A DNA stretch of 64,000 nucleotides. Origin: Podarcis cretensis. Taxonomy: Eukaryota. The notes beneath the pieces are model-generated. The model did not search any database. It had not been told where the DNA came from and was given only the letters and a program-made list of their open reading frames with translations. Shown here one piece after another: positions 23,634 to 37,042 of this stretch. Every line of letters begins with the position of its first letter. The first letter of the stretch is position 1. The stretch covers positions 40,300,001 through 40,364,000 of the forward strand of contig OX638160.1 in NCBI GenBank assembly GCA_951804945.1, given 5' to 3'. A program made the position numbers and the translations under genes.

Positions 23634-23938
23634 GTTAAGCCTGCCAGGGCCCACCAACAAAGGAAGGTAACTTGGCATGATCTCTTCAAACCCGGAGCAG
23701 CCTTGCCTTGGGATGACCTTCATTTCCCAGTGTGAATCTGCATCTGAGTTAATGCAAAGCAGGGATCCTCACAGCCTAGTTCACAGGAGGGAAGGAGTCT
23801 TTTTGTTGTTGCTATTATGAAACATTATTGGGAGGTGCAACTCTTGCTGATCTACTGCACATCCAACAGTTTACCTCTAGATCCAGATCTGCCTGCTCCC
23901 AGTTTATTCCTTATTTAAGGGTGAGCAGTTCCCTTGGG

Positions 23939-24063
23939 TTCTCGAAGCTACAAACATGAGTCTGACCAAACTGCGGGAGGCAGTGGAAGTCAGGAGTGCC
24001 TGGCGTGCTCTGGTCCATGGGGTCACGAAGAGTCGGACACGACTAAACGACTAAACAACAACA
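23939..24063 (+). mobile_element. BovB short 3' fragment
   Basis: ggtccatggggtcacgaagagtcggacacgact; (caa)n tail; 12-bp TSD AGTTCCCTTGGG. Confidence 0.93.
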
Positions 24064-24620
24064 AGTTCCCTTGGGAGCAAGTAGCTGGGTGCTACTTGCT
24101 TAGAGGCAAATTTTGGTCAGTAGTCCTTGCCTCCTTCCATATTTGCAGACTTGGGACCAAATAAAATCATCTGACCAGGATGTGGTTTGTCCTCTTTGAC
24201 AAAGAATCTGCCCCAAAGAGAAGCTAGGGGAACTTTGTAGAATGGTTCTGATTTGGCGAAAAATGCCTTGGGTTTATTATTTTGATTTTCTCTCTGTCAG
24301 TGGAACATCACAATCTCTTTGTCGTGCTAGTTATTATGTCTTGTTTTGCCGGAGATAAGTACTCTCTAAAATAATAAAGCGAATATGACACAGAACTGTA
24401 CCTATTTATGAATTCTAAGGAATAAATGCAGCAAAATCAATTACAATTATTCATGTTGTTCTTGAAAATGACAGTACATGAAAAGAAAAGGGGGGGGTCA
24501 CTTACTCCCTCTTGTTTTAAGGCAGGTTTTGTTTACCTAGTCCCCCAGTGTTGAGAGGTTGCATGGTACATTTGCATAGGATAACTAACGCAAACAAGCC
24601 ATTTTCACGTCCGCATGTAC

Positions 24621-24831
24621 NNNNNNNNNNNNNNNNNNNNNNNNNNNNNNNNNNNNNNNNNNNNNNNNNNNNNNNNNNNNNNNNNNNNNNNNNNNNNNNN
24701 NNNNNNNNNNNNNNNNNNNNNNNNNNNNNNNNNNNNNNNNNNNNNNNNNNNNNNNNNNNNNNNNNNNNNNNNNNNNNNNNNNNNNNNNNNNNNNNNNNNN
24801 NNNNNNNNNNNNNNNNNNNNNNNNNNNNNNN
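24621..24831. other. Assembly gap (211 N)
   Basis: Run of n. Confidence 1.
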
Positions 24832-26389
24832 NGGGAAAGAGAGAAAAATACCAGCAACTATTACTTAGGGCATTCAACTAATTTTGCTTAGTTTAGCAAA
24901 ACAAAACTTGGTTTGTTTAATACAGCATCTTTAGCCTGATTGCTGTTTATTTCTCATTTCTTCAGTCTTGAAAGAGACACGGAGATTCATTTTCATTCAC
25001 AGCTTTTTAACTGTAAGGATATTAAAATATTTCAAGTAAAATGCAGATTAGCTAATTTGGGCATTTGGATGTAGCTGAAGGACATGCATATTATGTAATT
25101 TCACCAGTCTCATTTTATGGATTTTTGCAAAAATAGTATGAAAGACAACATTTTTGAATAGATTCTGTGATGAAACACCTTTCTTTTGACTCAAGATGAT
25201 TGCTTAGGAAATATAAATTGTGTTATCTATTAATTTTGATGCAACCAAGGCCACGAAACCATGTTTTTTAAAAAACATGTTTTTAAATAACTGCATATAT
25301 TTAATACTTGTAAAGATGAGTGGCAGATATTTGCCTGGTCAAGTGTCTAAAAGGTATCATATTGATGAAAAAACTAACAGTTGTAATATGCAGTCCTACA
25401 AGCATAGCTTTAAAATCAATCAAAGAACAATCTTATTGAATTAAATAGGACTACTCATGTGCCCCAATTTCTAAAACTTACAGGTCTCTATAATACATAA
25501 ATGCAGTATGGAGCTTTGAATGTTACCATTTCTTAATTACAATTCCCACTCATATTCGTTTCACATTCCAGAAGAGCATATTGGTATGCTTGCTGTGACA
25601 ACAAATTGGGAAATAATCAGGTACATGCAAACAGCTCTGCCTTGTACTAAAATCTTTCTGACAGAGGTAGCGTCATGCTGCTAGAATTTACTCCCAGGAC
25701 CGGCTATCATAACTGTCAGCGCACTTATGTTTCTGCAGTCTAGCCTCTGAAAAGCGGAAGTCCCCATTCTGCTGTTAATTCACCTAAACCCCTAATCTGG
25801 TATTATTCCCTTTTATACATGCTGCCACCGACAATCTGCAAACGCCTGCGTCGAGAATAATGCGATTGATCATTTGCCAAACGATACAAAAGGAGTGGTT
25901 TAATAAATCAGGAGACTGCCAAGATCAATAAAGGTATTGCTCAACTGTGTGTGCTTGTGTGCATAAGGCGGCGATTGCGGGGGGTGGGGGGGGGGAGAAA
26001 AACCATCAACCCTACAAGATGCATATATTTTCCAGTGTGTTTTGTAGTTCTGTCAGTGTATGAGCTGGCTGGGAGCCAGATGCTTGCTCCGTAATCTCTA
26101 AGAGGCCATTTGATATATCTTTTATCATATTTTCCTGGTGCCTTCTCTTTTTTTCACTGAAATGAACCAGAAGACAGTAAACAAGAGTGCTACATGGCTC
26201 ATTGTTTCTACAGTTACAGATTATCCTCTTTATTTATTTTTTTGCTAGCCTGGCATTCACTGGGTCAGACGGGCTCTCTTATACAGCAGAACATCTGAAA
26301 GGAGTTACACTTTGGAAAACTTTTCCTCATTTGCAAAAAAGAAAAAAGAAAAAGTGCCATGCAAAGCAAATGAAGTGTATCGTCGTTCT

Positions 26390-26390
<1 letters not shown>

Positions 26391-26425
<35 letters not shown>
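26391..26425. repeat. (TAT)n microsatellite
   Basis: Direct reading. Confidence 0.95.
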
Positions 26426-26426
<1 letters not shown>

Positions 26427-26950
26427 ACATAATTTTAAAAAATGAAATCCATTAATACTATGCGCCTGGTTCTCCTAGCAGGCTTCTGTCACAGTTCCTC
26501 CAAATATCACACTAAATCCCATTAGTAGCGTCGTCGTTTTGTCCCCTTCTCATGCCAAAGTAGAAACAGTCGAGCTTTCAGAACTTGCATTCTAATGAGC
26601 ATCCCAGACCGTCCTTTTACTTTCTGAACGTCTAATGTTACACTGGAAACATCTGATGGTATTATAGCAACAGAAACAAAGCGGCAACTCTTAGCCAATG
26701 GGTCCCTCTCCTGGCCATGGTTAAGCTCTGCAGTGCAGAGAAAAGTTTGCTCTTGTTTTGCCTTTCATTTTCATAAAGCAGCAAGCAGGAATCACAATCG
26801 GATCCATTGGGAATGAACGTCCCTGATCCTCACGTGGAGTCAGATTCTCTGGTTTAAGAGCACATTGTCTTTTAAGGTTACAATTAGCAGCATAAAATGT
26901 TCCCAAAGCCAGTACTTCTGCATGATGTTTTGCCTTCTCATCTATAGTAA

Positions 26951-27197
26951 AGGTAAAGGTAAAGGGACCCCTGACCATTAGGTCCAGTCGTGGCAGACTC
27001 TGGGGTTGCGGCGCTCATCTCGCTCTATAGGCCAAGGGAGCTGGCGTACAGCTTCCGGGTCATGTGGCCAGCATGACTAAGCCACTTCTGGCGAACCAGA
27101 GCAGTGCAAGGAAACGCCGTTTACCTTCCCGCCAAAGCGGTACCTATTTATCTACTTGCACTTTGATGTGCTTTTGAACTGCTAGGTTGGCAGGAGC
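26951..27197 (-). mobile_element. 5'-truncated Sauria SINE
   Basis: (aaggta)n tail on the plus strand; 14-bp TSD CTCATCTATAGTAA. Confidence 0.93.
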
Positions 27198-28439
27198 CTC
27201 ATCTATAGTAATGATAGATTAATTCCATATTTCAAGTGTAGCCAGTTTGGGGGTCCTCCCATCACCCCCTGCCATTTCTTACACTTCCCAGAGCCCAGCA
27301 TCTGAAAGGACCCTGTTGCTTACTCCTGCCATATTTGAAATATAGCATGGGGGAATTCATAGCACAAGGAGCAGCACAAACTCAGCCTCTGCTAAGGTGA
27401 GTGGCATTTGAAATAGGAAGATCTCCAACTCAGGTGCCTGAGCCTGGCATTAACTGGGGCTATGGTGGCTGAAGATCCTTATCCTGGCTCAGCAGGATAT
27501 TTGCCAGTGTAAGGCCTCCATCCTGGCTCAGGTAGATGAACCAAAGCCAGCTGAGCTGAGGCTGTGGTTAGCCCACAAAAGGAGCATTCTGGGAGTTACG
27601 GGGCAGTGTCATGGCAGGGGTAAACTGCACCTGTTCCAAATGCTGTTCAACTCAGTCCCATGACTTAACAAACAATAAGAAGTTATAGTGGTGAAAAGGT
27701 CGTATAAATTCTGTTTTAAAGGTTTGTTTTCCCTCTGGCTGGATCTACACTGATTGTAAAAATGCTGCAACCCTCCCCACCCCCATAACAATCACTCTCA
27801 ATGGAACTTCCCATTGAGGGCAAATCACTGCTCTATAGCGCCCTCTGATGTCGGATTATAACTGATCAGTGTAAAAACCTAGGATAGAATAAATAACATT
27901 AAAGTCAAAATATGCTATAATATGGCAGTGAATAACGGATGAGAAATAGAAGTAAGGAGTAGACGGGAAGTCAGCTATATAGGAAAAGTCATTTTTATGT
28001 TAAATGTATTGTGAGCAATATTCAATGTATTGTTGTTTTTTGTTTTTCTTTCTTTCTTAGTTGTTAGGAGGTGATGGATATTTGTGTATCTTCATATTTT
28101 CTTTTTGTATGTGGTGTATTAAAAATGAAATTATATATATAAGTGATCAGTGTAGATTTGCCCTTTGTTGGGGGTGGAATAGCTCCGCTCCCGAAGAGAG
28201 TAATAATAAATTACACTGGCATAACTTACCCTGGTGCAACTTACCCTGGCTTCCTATAGCTTTTATTGCTCTACTTCCTTGTTAGCTGTATCCTGCGTCG
28301 CTTTCAGGGAAGTTAAAAACTGTACTGGGCCATGGGAAGGGGACTTTAGTACCTGAAACTCAGTGAGTTTAGACCGAGCCCAATCTGCAGACCAAGCTGC
28401 AGGCCAAGCAACAGGTTCCCTGTCTTCACCATAGAATAT

Positions 28440-28745
28440 GTTGAATTTAAAGAAAATTGGAAGGACTTCATTACATATATACAGAAGCAATGTACACAGG
28501 TCAATACATTAGCAGGATTCTAGAAATACTTGTAATGATATTATGAATGGACAATAAGTAATTTCAATGTTTTTTAAATTTAAAATGGACATGCGGCATG
28601 TTGATAAACAATGGAACCAGGGAAGGGATTGGGGAGAGACAATTTTTCTTCTTCTTCTTTTCTTCATTATGTTTGATTATGAATATGTATTGTTGTTTTT
28701 TGTTTTTGGAAAATTAATAAAACATATAGTAATAATAATAAAAAA
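28440..28745 (+). mobile_element. L1-like LINE 3' end
   Basis: FKENWKDFITYIQKQC-like terminus similar to the 44232 element; AT-rich UTR with aataaa. Confidence 0.55.
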
Positions 28746-29489
28746 GAATATGTGTGAGAAATAAAACGTAACTTCATCAGCTGTTACAGCTACTGTTTCC
28801 CTCAGGAGTCATGACTGGGCTATCATCTTCCCCACAAAGATCAATGAGAAGCTAAAGGAGAGCAGGGTAAAAAGGTGAAACTTTCTCATCTGCAGTGATA
28901 ATTTCTTTGCAGCTCTTTATAGAGTCCTGGTTCATCTTGCTTAAAAATACAAGTGTTGGATGAGAGAAAATTTTATCTCCTCTCCTTCCAAACTTGCAAT
29001 TAATTTCTCCATTGCCACAGTATTCCAGCCTGATCTATGGAGTGTGCATATATTGATTTTATTAATCTTTATTGGTTTACAAATAATTTGATTGTTGTTG
29101 GAGCAAACTGCCCAAACAAGAAGGGTATGTCCAGAGCTATTCAGAAGCTACCCTATAAGTGACAGACTCATTTGACCAACTAAAGTGAGCAGCTTCCAAA
29201 AGCACAGTATTTTTTTAATGGTACACCATTTCTTAAATCAGGTTTCAGCCAGTCTGGTGATCAGATGCAAAGGAAATTGGTTTCTAGGACCTTTAAAATC
29301 CACAAGAAGAATTTTGGATGTAGTGTATCATGGAGAGAGAGAAACTCATAGGAAGCCTATCCTTTAAGTTTAGTCTGAACCTGTTGACAGGCTTAAGATC
29401 AGATATTTGTCTCTTCCAATTGGAGTTTAAGTTGGATAAGTATACATGTATACAATTGTTATATATATTTCTAGGAGAGTTCCATAAGA

Positions 29490-29852
29490 AGGTGGGTGGT
29501 GCTGTGGTCTAAACCACAGCCTCCTGGGCTTGCTGATCAGCCATTCAAATCCCCACAACAGAGTGAGCTCTCATTGCTCTGTCCAAGCTCCTGCCAACCT
29601 AGCAGTTTGAAAGCATGTCAGCTCAAGTAGATAAATAGGTACCTCTGTGGCAGGAAGATAAATGGCATTTCCGCGCGCTCTGGTTTCCATCACAGTGTTC
29701 TGTTGCACCAGAAGCAGTTTTGTCATGCTGGCCACATGACCTGGAAAGCTGTCTGTGGACAAACGCCAGCTTCCTTGGCCTGAAAGCAAGATGAGCGCTG
29801 CCACCCCATAGTCACCTTTGACTGGATTTAACCGTCCAGGGGTCCTTTACCT
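29490..29852 (+). mobile_element. Sauria SINE (older copy)
   Basis: Conserved SINE body; ends ggggtcctttacct. Confidence 0.9.
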
Positions 29853-29917
29853 GGAGGAGGACAATTGTGATCAACTCTTTCAGAGAGATTCTGAAAGAAT
29901 GAGCAAAGATGAGAATT

Positions 29918-30210
29918 GTTGTTGTTGTTTAGTCATTTAGTCGTGCCCGACTCTTCGTGACCCCATGGACCAGAGCACGCCAGGCACTCCTGTCTTCCAC
30001 TGCCTCCCACAGTTTGGTCAAACTCATGCTGGTAGCTTCGAGAACACTGTCCAACCATCTCACCCTCTGTCGTCCCTTCTCCTTGTGCCCTCCATCTGTC
30101 CCAACATCAGGGTCTTTTCCAAGGAGTCTTCTCTTCTCATGAGGTGGCCAAAGCACTGGAGCCTCAGCTTCAGGATCTGTCCTTCCAGTGAGCACTCAGG
30201 GCTGATTTCC
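29918..30210 (-). mobile_element. BovB 3' fragment
   Basis: EISPECSLEGQILKLRLQ..; (caa)n tail; TSD TGAGAATT. Confidence 0.93.
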
Positions 30211-31298
30211 TGAGAATTAGCTGATCTGAAACTGGTACAACACTTTATTTTTTGTTTCCTGAGTAGCTTCCTGAACTTTTTAGTCTCCCATATTGCAAAT
30301 AAAAAGAGTGTTTTAAAACTGCAATTTCCCCCCTCAAAAACGCCTTTAAAAGACTCCATTACTTAAAGTGATTTGGATAATTGTGTTCAATGGTAGCCAT
30401 TATTTAAAAATATAATTAGTTGCTGAACTCAGAGAGGGAGGGAAATTTTTTGCAGGTGTTTCTCATTATTTGCTGTGCATACAAAATACCTGCATAAATT
30501 ACCTTGATGCCAAACGCATGCTAAAAGACAATGAAGCCTTAGCAGACAAAGAGAAACAGTGTTGACCCACAGTCTGGCGTGGCCTCGTGGCAGAACCATG
30601 CAGGTGGTTTGCATACATGTGTGGAAGAACATTTAAGACTGAAGGTTGAAGGCAGCACCTGCAGCCATGCATTTAGTATACAACACAAGTCCAACCAGAG
30701 AGATATTGATAATGCACACAGTTCTGTAGCAAATCCCAGCATGGAATGCTTGTGAAAATGTCTTGATATCACCTGGGAAAAGATGACTAATGATGGGCTG
30801 AATTACTTTTTGCACATTATTATTTCATGCAAGTCATGTTTTCCAGGTAAAACCATTCATGGCTTTCTCTTAGAATACAGAAAATGCGGCCCATTACCTA
30901 CCGAGATGAGGACATGTGCAATCACTCTCGAATATCCCAGACTAGCATGGTGACTGAAATAGAGCTGTATGGGTTCATGTGCTACGTGCGTGAGTGATGT
31001 CAGCATGCCGGGGAGGTGTGGTGACTTAGCGCGCATGCTCTGCGATGTGCCCCCCAGTGACAGCACATGGCCCCAGGCACCTGCAGCTTGGGGGGCAAGA
31101 CGCTGCTGCTGCTCCCCAGTAAGATTTACTGATATCTCACCACATTTTTGCCTCTGCTTCCTGAGGTCTGAGAGTTGCTAGGAGACTCCTGTTCTTCTCA
31201 CAGAGCTACAATTCTCTGAGTGGTTCAATAAACCACTTTCCAGTGAACTCTGGGAACTGAAGCCCTGTGAAGGAAATAGGGGACTCCTAACAACTTTA

Positions 31299-31608
31299 GG
31301 GATGTGGGTGGTGCTGTGGTGTAAACCACTGAGCCTTGGGTTTGCCGATCAGAAGGTCTGTTGTTCGAATCCCCGTGACAGGGTGCGCTCTTGTTTCTCA
31401 GTCCCAGCTCCTGCCAACCTAGCAGTTTGAAAGCATGTCAAACTGCAAGTAGATAAATAGGTACCACTCTGTCAGGAAGGTAAACAGCGTTTCCATGCGC
31501 TGCTCTGGTTTTGCCAGAAGTGGCTTAGTCATGCTGGCCACATGACCTGGAAAAACTGTCTGTGGACAAACGTTGGTTCCCTCGGCCAATAAAGTGAGAT
31601 GAGTGCCG
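31299..31608 (+). mobile_element. Sauria SINE (3' part lost) inside an old MITE
   Basis: Head gggatgtgggtggtgctgtgg; conserved body. Confidence 0.88.
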
Positions 31609-31731
31609 TATCAGAGTGCTCTAAATATATGGTACAGATGGGGTCTTTAGAGCATTGTTGCAAGGGTTAAATAGGGTTTGGGTACCAGATCATGTACACT
31701 GCTTTGAGCTCCTTGGAAGTAAAGTGAACTA

Positions 31732-31981
31732 CAGTTGTACCTCGGAGGGTGAACGCCTTGCAAGTCGAACGTTTTGGCTCCCGAACGCCACTAAGCTGCA
31801 AGTGAGTGTTCCAGTTTGCAAACCTTCTTTGGAACCCAAATGTCCGACATGGGTTCTGCAGCTTCTGATTGGCTGCAGGAGCTTCCTGCAACCAATCAGA
31901 AGCTGTGCCTTGGTTTCCAAATGTTTTGGAGGTCAAATGGACTTCTAGAATGGATTCCGTTCGACTTTCATGGTACGACTG
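31732..31981. mobile_element. Tigger-like MITE, family B
   Basis: TIR cagttgtacc/ggtacgactg; TA TSD; central inverted repeat cagcttctgattgg..ccaatcagaagctg. Confidence 0.8.
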
Positions 31982-32853
31982 TATAAACAAACAGACCAAT
32001 TCAGAGATTTGATTCTGTGAACCAGGGTCAGAACAGGAACTTCCTCTAACAATAAAGAGATCAACAGAAATATCTGTGATGACGTAGGCCTTCACTTTCC
32101 TTGTGTACAATTTGTGATGTGACTGTCATTTTAACTATTTAAAAGAGGGGGAGAATAATGATAGTTTGTATGGGCTACTTTAGTGCCCTAATCAGATTTG
32201 ATACTGATGATTGGAGTCTCTCAAGAAATCCTGATCTTATAAGTAGTTGGGCAGGCTCGTTACAAAACAAGGAAGAACTGATAGACTCATTCTTTCTTTT
32301 GAGATTAAATGTAATTGGCTTAAAAAGATAATGGTTCCTTTTGTCTGATTTTTATGCATTTCTTATGAAGAGCTAACACATTTTACGATAGTCTGACAAA
32401 GTGCTGCCTTTTATCCTCATTTCCCAGTGGATAAATACTTTGTTAATTAATAAAGTATTATACTAGCAGTTAGCGTCTGCATTTAAACATGGAAGGGTTT
32501 TATTCAGATTATGTTAATAGATTGTTCACCCTCTTTTGGCATTAATTACAACCTTTTATTGTGGTATACTCAGAAGAGAATTGTTGCTGGGAATAGGGGT
32601 TTTTCTTGGATTATATTTTGTTTCACTACTCTGTAAAAAAAAAGTATTGTTCATACTGAATGTGAAAGCTGATGCTGAAATATTTACTGAGAATAAAATT
32701 AGCTGCTTGTTTTGTGTTTTTCATGCTTCAAATTTATTACGAAGTGATTACTCCAAAAGACAACGGGTTGGATCCAATGTTCGTTCTAGACAAATTGAAA
32801 TGAATGGACATTGTTATCTTAGGCCTGTTACTTTTAGTGGGTCTACTCTGACT

Positions 32854-32971
32854 CGAAGCTGCCAGCATGAGTTTGACCAAACTGTGGGAGGCAGTGGAAG
32901 ACAGGAATGCCTGGAGTGCTCTGGTCCATGGGGTCATGAAGAGTCGGACACGACTAAACAACAACAGCAAC
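32854..32971 (+). mobile_element. BovB short 3' fragment
   Basis: BovB terminus; TSD ACTCTGACT. Confidence 0.9.
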
Positions 32972-33952
32972 ACTCTGACTAGGACTTAGTTGGCCACAAT
33001 CCTAAATTAGCTGCACCAAGATCCCACCATACTCAATGGGGCAACTTAGTCATGATTTCACAGGAGTCCCATTGATTTCTGCTTAATGTATTAATGTATA
33101 TGAATCAACCCTGTGTTGAAGCAACTCATTGCTAAAAGCACAACAACCCTTACTTTGTCCAGGAAAACTCTAGAACCTGCAAATTCTGGAAAATATGCTG
33201 ACAAAATGGAAATGCGCAGAATTTCACACACATTCCAGAATTGATGGAAGGACCATAATGCCAGCCAGACATTCATGAGAAAGTATGTATCTGACTGGAT
33301 GGTGATATCCTCTTATGACTCCTGTCATCCAAATTTGGAAATAATCCCTAGGCGTTTTGTTACCTTGCCTAATACAAGACTGTAGACCAGCCTTACCAGT
33401 CTAGTGCTGTGCTGACTGAGGTATATGCAGGTTGTAGCCCAAAGCATCTTGAGGACATCAGGTTGACGGAGGCTGTTGCAGGGTTTTGCCGTGGTAAATA
33501 ATTGTAACTAATCCCATGTTTTCTCAGCCACTAGTCAAGCCACCTTGGGCAGCTTTGCATCTGTATAAATTCAGTGTAGGTCGAGTTTCAACTGCATGTT
33601 TGACAAAGCAATCACATGATCAACATCACCACAAGCTAAATTTCAGCTCAGATCCCCAATACTGTGAAAATAGAAGCAGATTTTATAATACATATCCATC
33701 TGGAGGAGAGAGCTACTCCAATTTAGATAATTTTAAACTAACAGGAGCAAGTGGAGAATATTGTTATGAGTTTGTGGGTGCCAGACCACTATAATCTCTG
33801 GATCAAGCTAGTGTTAGAATTTAATTAAGGCTTGGGGTGTTAAAACAGGGTGCCAGACACATGTGTATTAAGTTGTGTGCTAGACACTCCTAATTCCCTG
33901 GAATTAGCAGGTTGTAACAGCTAATTAAGACAAGCTAGTTTCCTTTTGAGGT

Positions 33953-34207
33953 GAAGAAGAGAGGAAGAAGAGTTTGGATTTGATATCCCGCTTTATCACT
34001 ACCCGAAGAAGTCTCAAAGCAGCTCACAATCTCCTTTCCCTTCCTCCCCCACAACAAACACTCTGTGAGGTGAGTGGGGCTGAGAGGCTTCAAAGAAGTG
34101 TGACTAGCCCAAGGTCACCCAGCAGCTGCATGTGGAGGAGCGGAGACGCGAACCCGGTTCCCCAGATTACGAGTCTACTGCTCTTAACCACTACACCACA
34201 CTGGCTC
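33953..34207 (-). mobile_element. MIR/Ther1-derived SINE (Squam3-like), young
   Basis: Reverse complement of 11697-11938; CpGs retained; (CTT)n tail. Confidence 0.88.
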
Positions 34208-35715
34208 TTCCCTGGGTGAGAGCCTGGGGGATGGGTCATTAAGAGAAGAAAGCATAACAAAAGGATCTGGTGTGAGACAGCAAATGGTTGGGGCCTCACT
34301 CCCAACAGATAAAGCCAGTGGTTAGGTTAGAGAGGTTAGAGTTAGGAATTATGTGACAGAGGAGCAAAGTTGCAGGCAGACCATTATGTCTGGTCTCTGT
34401 TTGAATACAAGGCTGTGCCCATGGGGAAAGCAAGACCCTTTAGGGGTGATTATGCTGTGAACACCTCCATCATAGGCTCAGATTGTAGATATGTGTAAAT
34501 ATTCCATATATGATAAAGAAAACACAGTCTACAGTGTGCGTCATTTCCAAAAGGAAACATGAACCCTGCATAAGCGCCTGGGACTCAGCTACATTAGTCA
34601 AAAAAACAATGTTTTGAATGTGTTATAAATATGCAACACCAGATGTCACCAGAGAGCAAAAAAAATCAATGTGATTTTTACAAAGTGTTTTTTATACATA
34701 GTCTTTTGTTATAATGATTTAATTTCTGACTTATTTATAGCATTCCCCCCCCCTTCATGTATAGATCCATCCCAGGAACCCCTGGAATTTTGCACTGCTC
34801 AGACATTGGGGTGGTGTGCAACACTATTTTGTATTCATAGACCACCCATTTCCAGAGAAACTACCTTCACACACATTGCTGTAAATGTGTTAGTAAATAC
34901 TTCTTCAGCTGGTTAACAAGTGACTTATTCATATGAACACCATTAAAGTATCTTCACTTTTTAAATAAATAAAAAAGCCTCATTCCTAAATCTGCTATGC
35001 AAAACTCATTAACATCATAGTCTCCATCAGTAATTGCTTGAAAGTGAGCACAGAGCATTAGGGAAAAAACAAGGAGCTTGAATTACCACTTAATGAAAAG
35101 CAAAGGCGACAGACAATTTAAATAGGCTGTTTGTCCGCCACGCAGCAGCCACTCCCCGATTTGAAGCAATTACTTGACAAAAGTGTTTCTAGCTTCAGTG
35201 TAGTATTTACAGTTTGAGGGAAAGCTTTTACAGCTCAGAGTCAAAAAATGTGGAAGCGAAAACCAAAACATTGTTTTCCATTTTAAACGAAAGTGCCATT
35301 CAGCTGCTGACAAGAATTATTCAAGGAGCAGGGGTGCTGATAATCACCTATATTCATACTGTATTTTGATATTTTAATGCTTATCAAGAAGTGGCATTTC
35401 TATCAGATGCATGTTTGTAAAACAGTGCTCAGACTGCCTCAAAGGGAGCTTCTTGTTCAAGGAATCCGCTGTTCAACCCTGCAACACAATTGCATAGCTG
35501 CAAAGCTTGCAAAACCAAAAATACGAAAGGAAGTCAGCAGATTTAACTCTGAAGATTTTAGACTTTACAGCAAATTCCCTTGCTGGTTTTGCCACACTGC
35601 CTGGCATCCTACCGTTGGCATCTTACCTGTGTGAACACCTGGCATCCGTGAGTAGCTGTCAATCAACATTAAGTCCTGGTGCCATGTCAGTATCAGACCC
35701 ATCTGCTATCCTGTC

Positions 35716-36323
35716 TGTGATGGCCTGGGATTCGGACTCGGAGGCTGAACCTGAGGAATCCCAGCCTGCACAGGAGTCCCCGCCTCCAGAACCAGCTGAG
35801 CCGGGGCTGGGGCTTGAGCCTGAAGGGTCCTCACCTGTGCTGGATCCTCAGGTGCAGGCATCAGCTGAGCCTGCTCTGGCTCCTGAGGTGATGGAGGACC
35901 CATTGCCTGCAGGTGCTCCACTCTCAGCCCCATCAGAGGAAGCTGAGGTTGCCTCTGGGTCCGGTAACCCTCCATCCTCTCCTGAGCTGCAGAGGCTCAG
36001 GGCAGAGAGGTGGAGGTAACTAAGTTCCCGCAGGAGGAGTGCTTGCCTCCAAGCCAGGAGAGGCGAGTCACCAGAGGATAGGGGCCGCCCTATGCCTCGG
36101 GGCAGATAAAAACCCACCAGCACCAGTCCCAAGTTGCGGGAGCAACATTGTTGGCAGCCTGTTCCTGCCTGCACCCTGTCCTGCTCCTCTGCCAGAGTTC
36201 CTGACCTCACCAACTCCCTGCCATGGACCCAGCTTCAGCTTTGATGGACAGCCTCCATACCGCACCCTCGACCTCGGACTGGACTTGGACCTTGCCGCAC
36301 GGTTAACCCTCGGGACCAGCACA
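35716..36323 (+). mobile_element. Solo LTR (608 bp), probably Gypsy-type
   Basis: TGTG..CACA ends; exact 5-bp TSD CTGTC; TATA-like gataaaaa at ~36105. Confidence 0.85.
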
Positions 36324-37042
36324 CTGTCTCTTGTTCTACCTGGAGGTGGCTGCAAGCTGCTCACCATATTAAATTCTTGCAGTGGCACTAGGTCTGCCAC
36401 TACCCGAAGAATTAAGCCCCTCTGCTGCCCACCATCACTTATTAAGCCCACCAGAGGGCTGGATGTAGCTGTTGGGTGAGCTGCAAACATTGGAGGAACC
36501 ACCAGATGGCGCTTTACTGAGTGCCTCCTTGAACCTGGCTCCGCATTACAGTAGTTCCATCTTGCTTCCCTCAACCCAGCTGTAGTGCTGACTGGCAAGA
36601 GAAGGTGCGTAAGTGCCTCTTTTCATTGGCACCTCAGCTCAACAAATGTAGCTTCTTCCCACTCTGCTCTGGTAATTTAAGGACCTCGAGATCACGTGAG
36701 AGGGACTGCATGAACTTTGCACATGAACATGGCTGCATGTTCTGGAAGGGGTGGGAAGTAGCCACATCAGTGACCTTGGGAAAAGTCCCATCACCGGAAC
36801 AGAATGAGGAAAAGTCTTGCTCCACACCCCGGGATAGGTGGGGCTAGTGTGAAAAGAAGCTGGGTCATCGATTCCTCCTGTGTGATCTCAGAATAACCAC
36901 TTTAGTGGAGCATTGTGGGGAAAAGAGTCAGTCACTTCTGAGCTGCTGAGCGAATTAAGACTAAGCTCTAAATCACATTAAGAAGTGATTCGCGGGAGAT
37001 TAAAAGGCAATCTCTGCAAGGACTGCGAGCAAATTGTTTTTA

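Noticed and set aside
24548-24881. ORFs spanning poly-X
   Set aside because: Artefacts of the N gap
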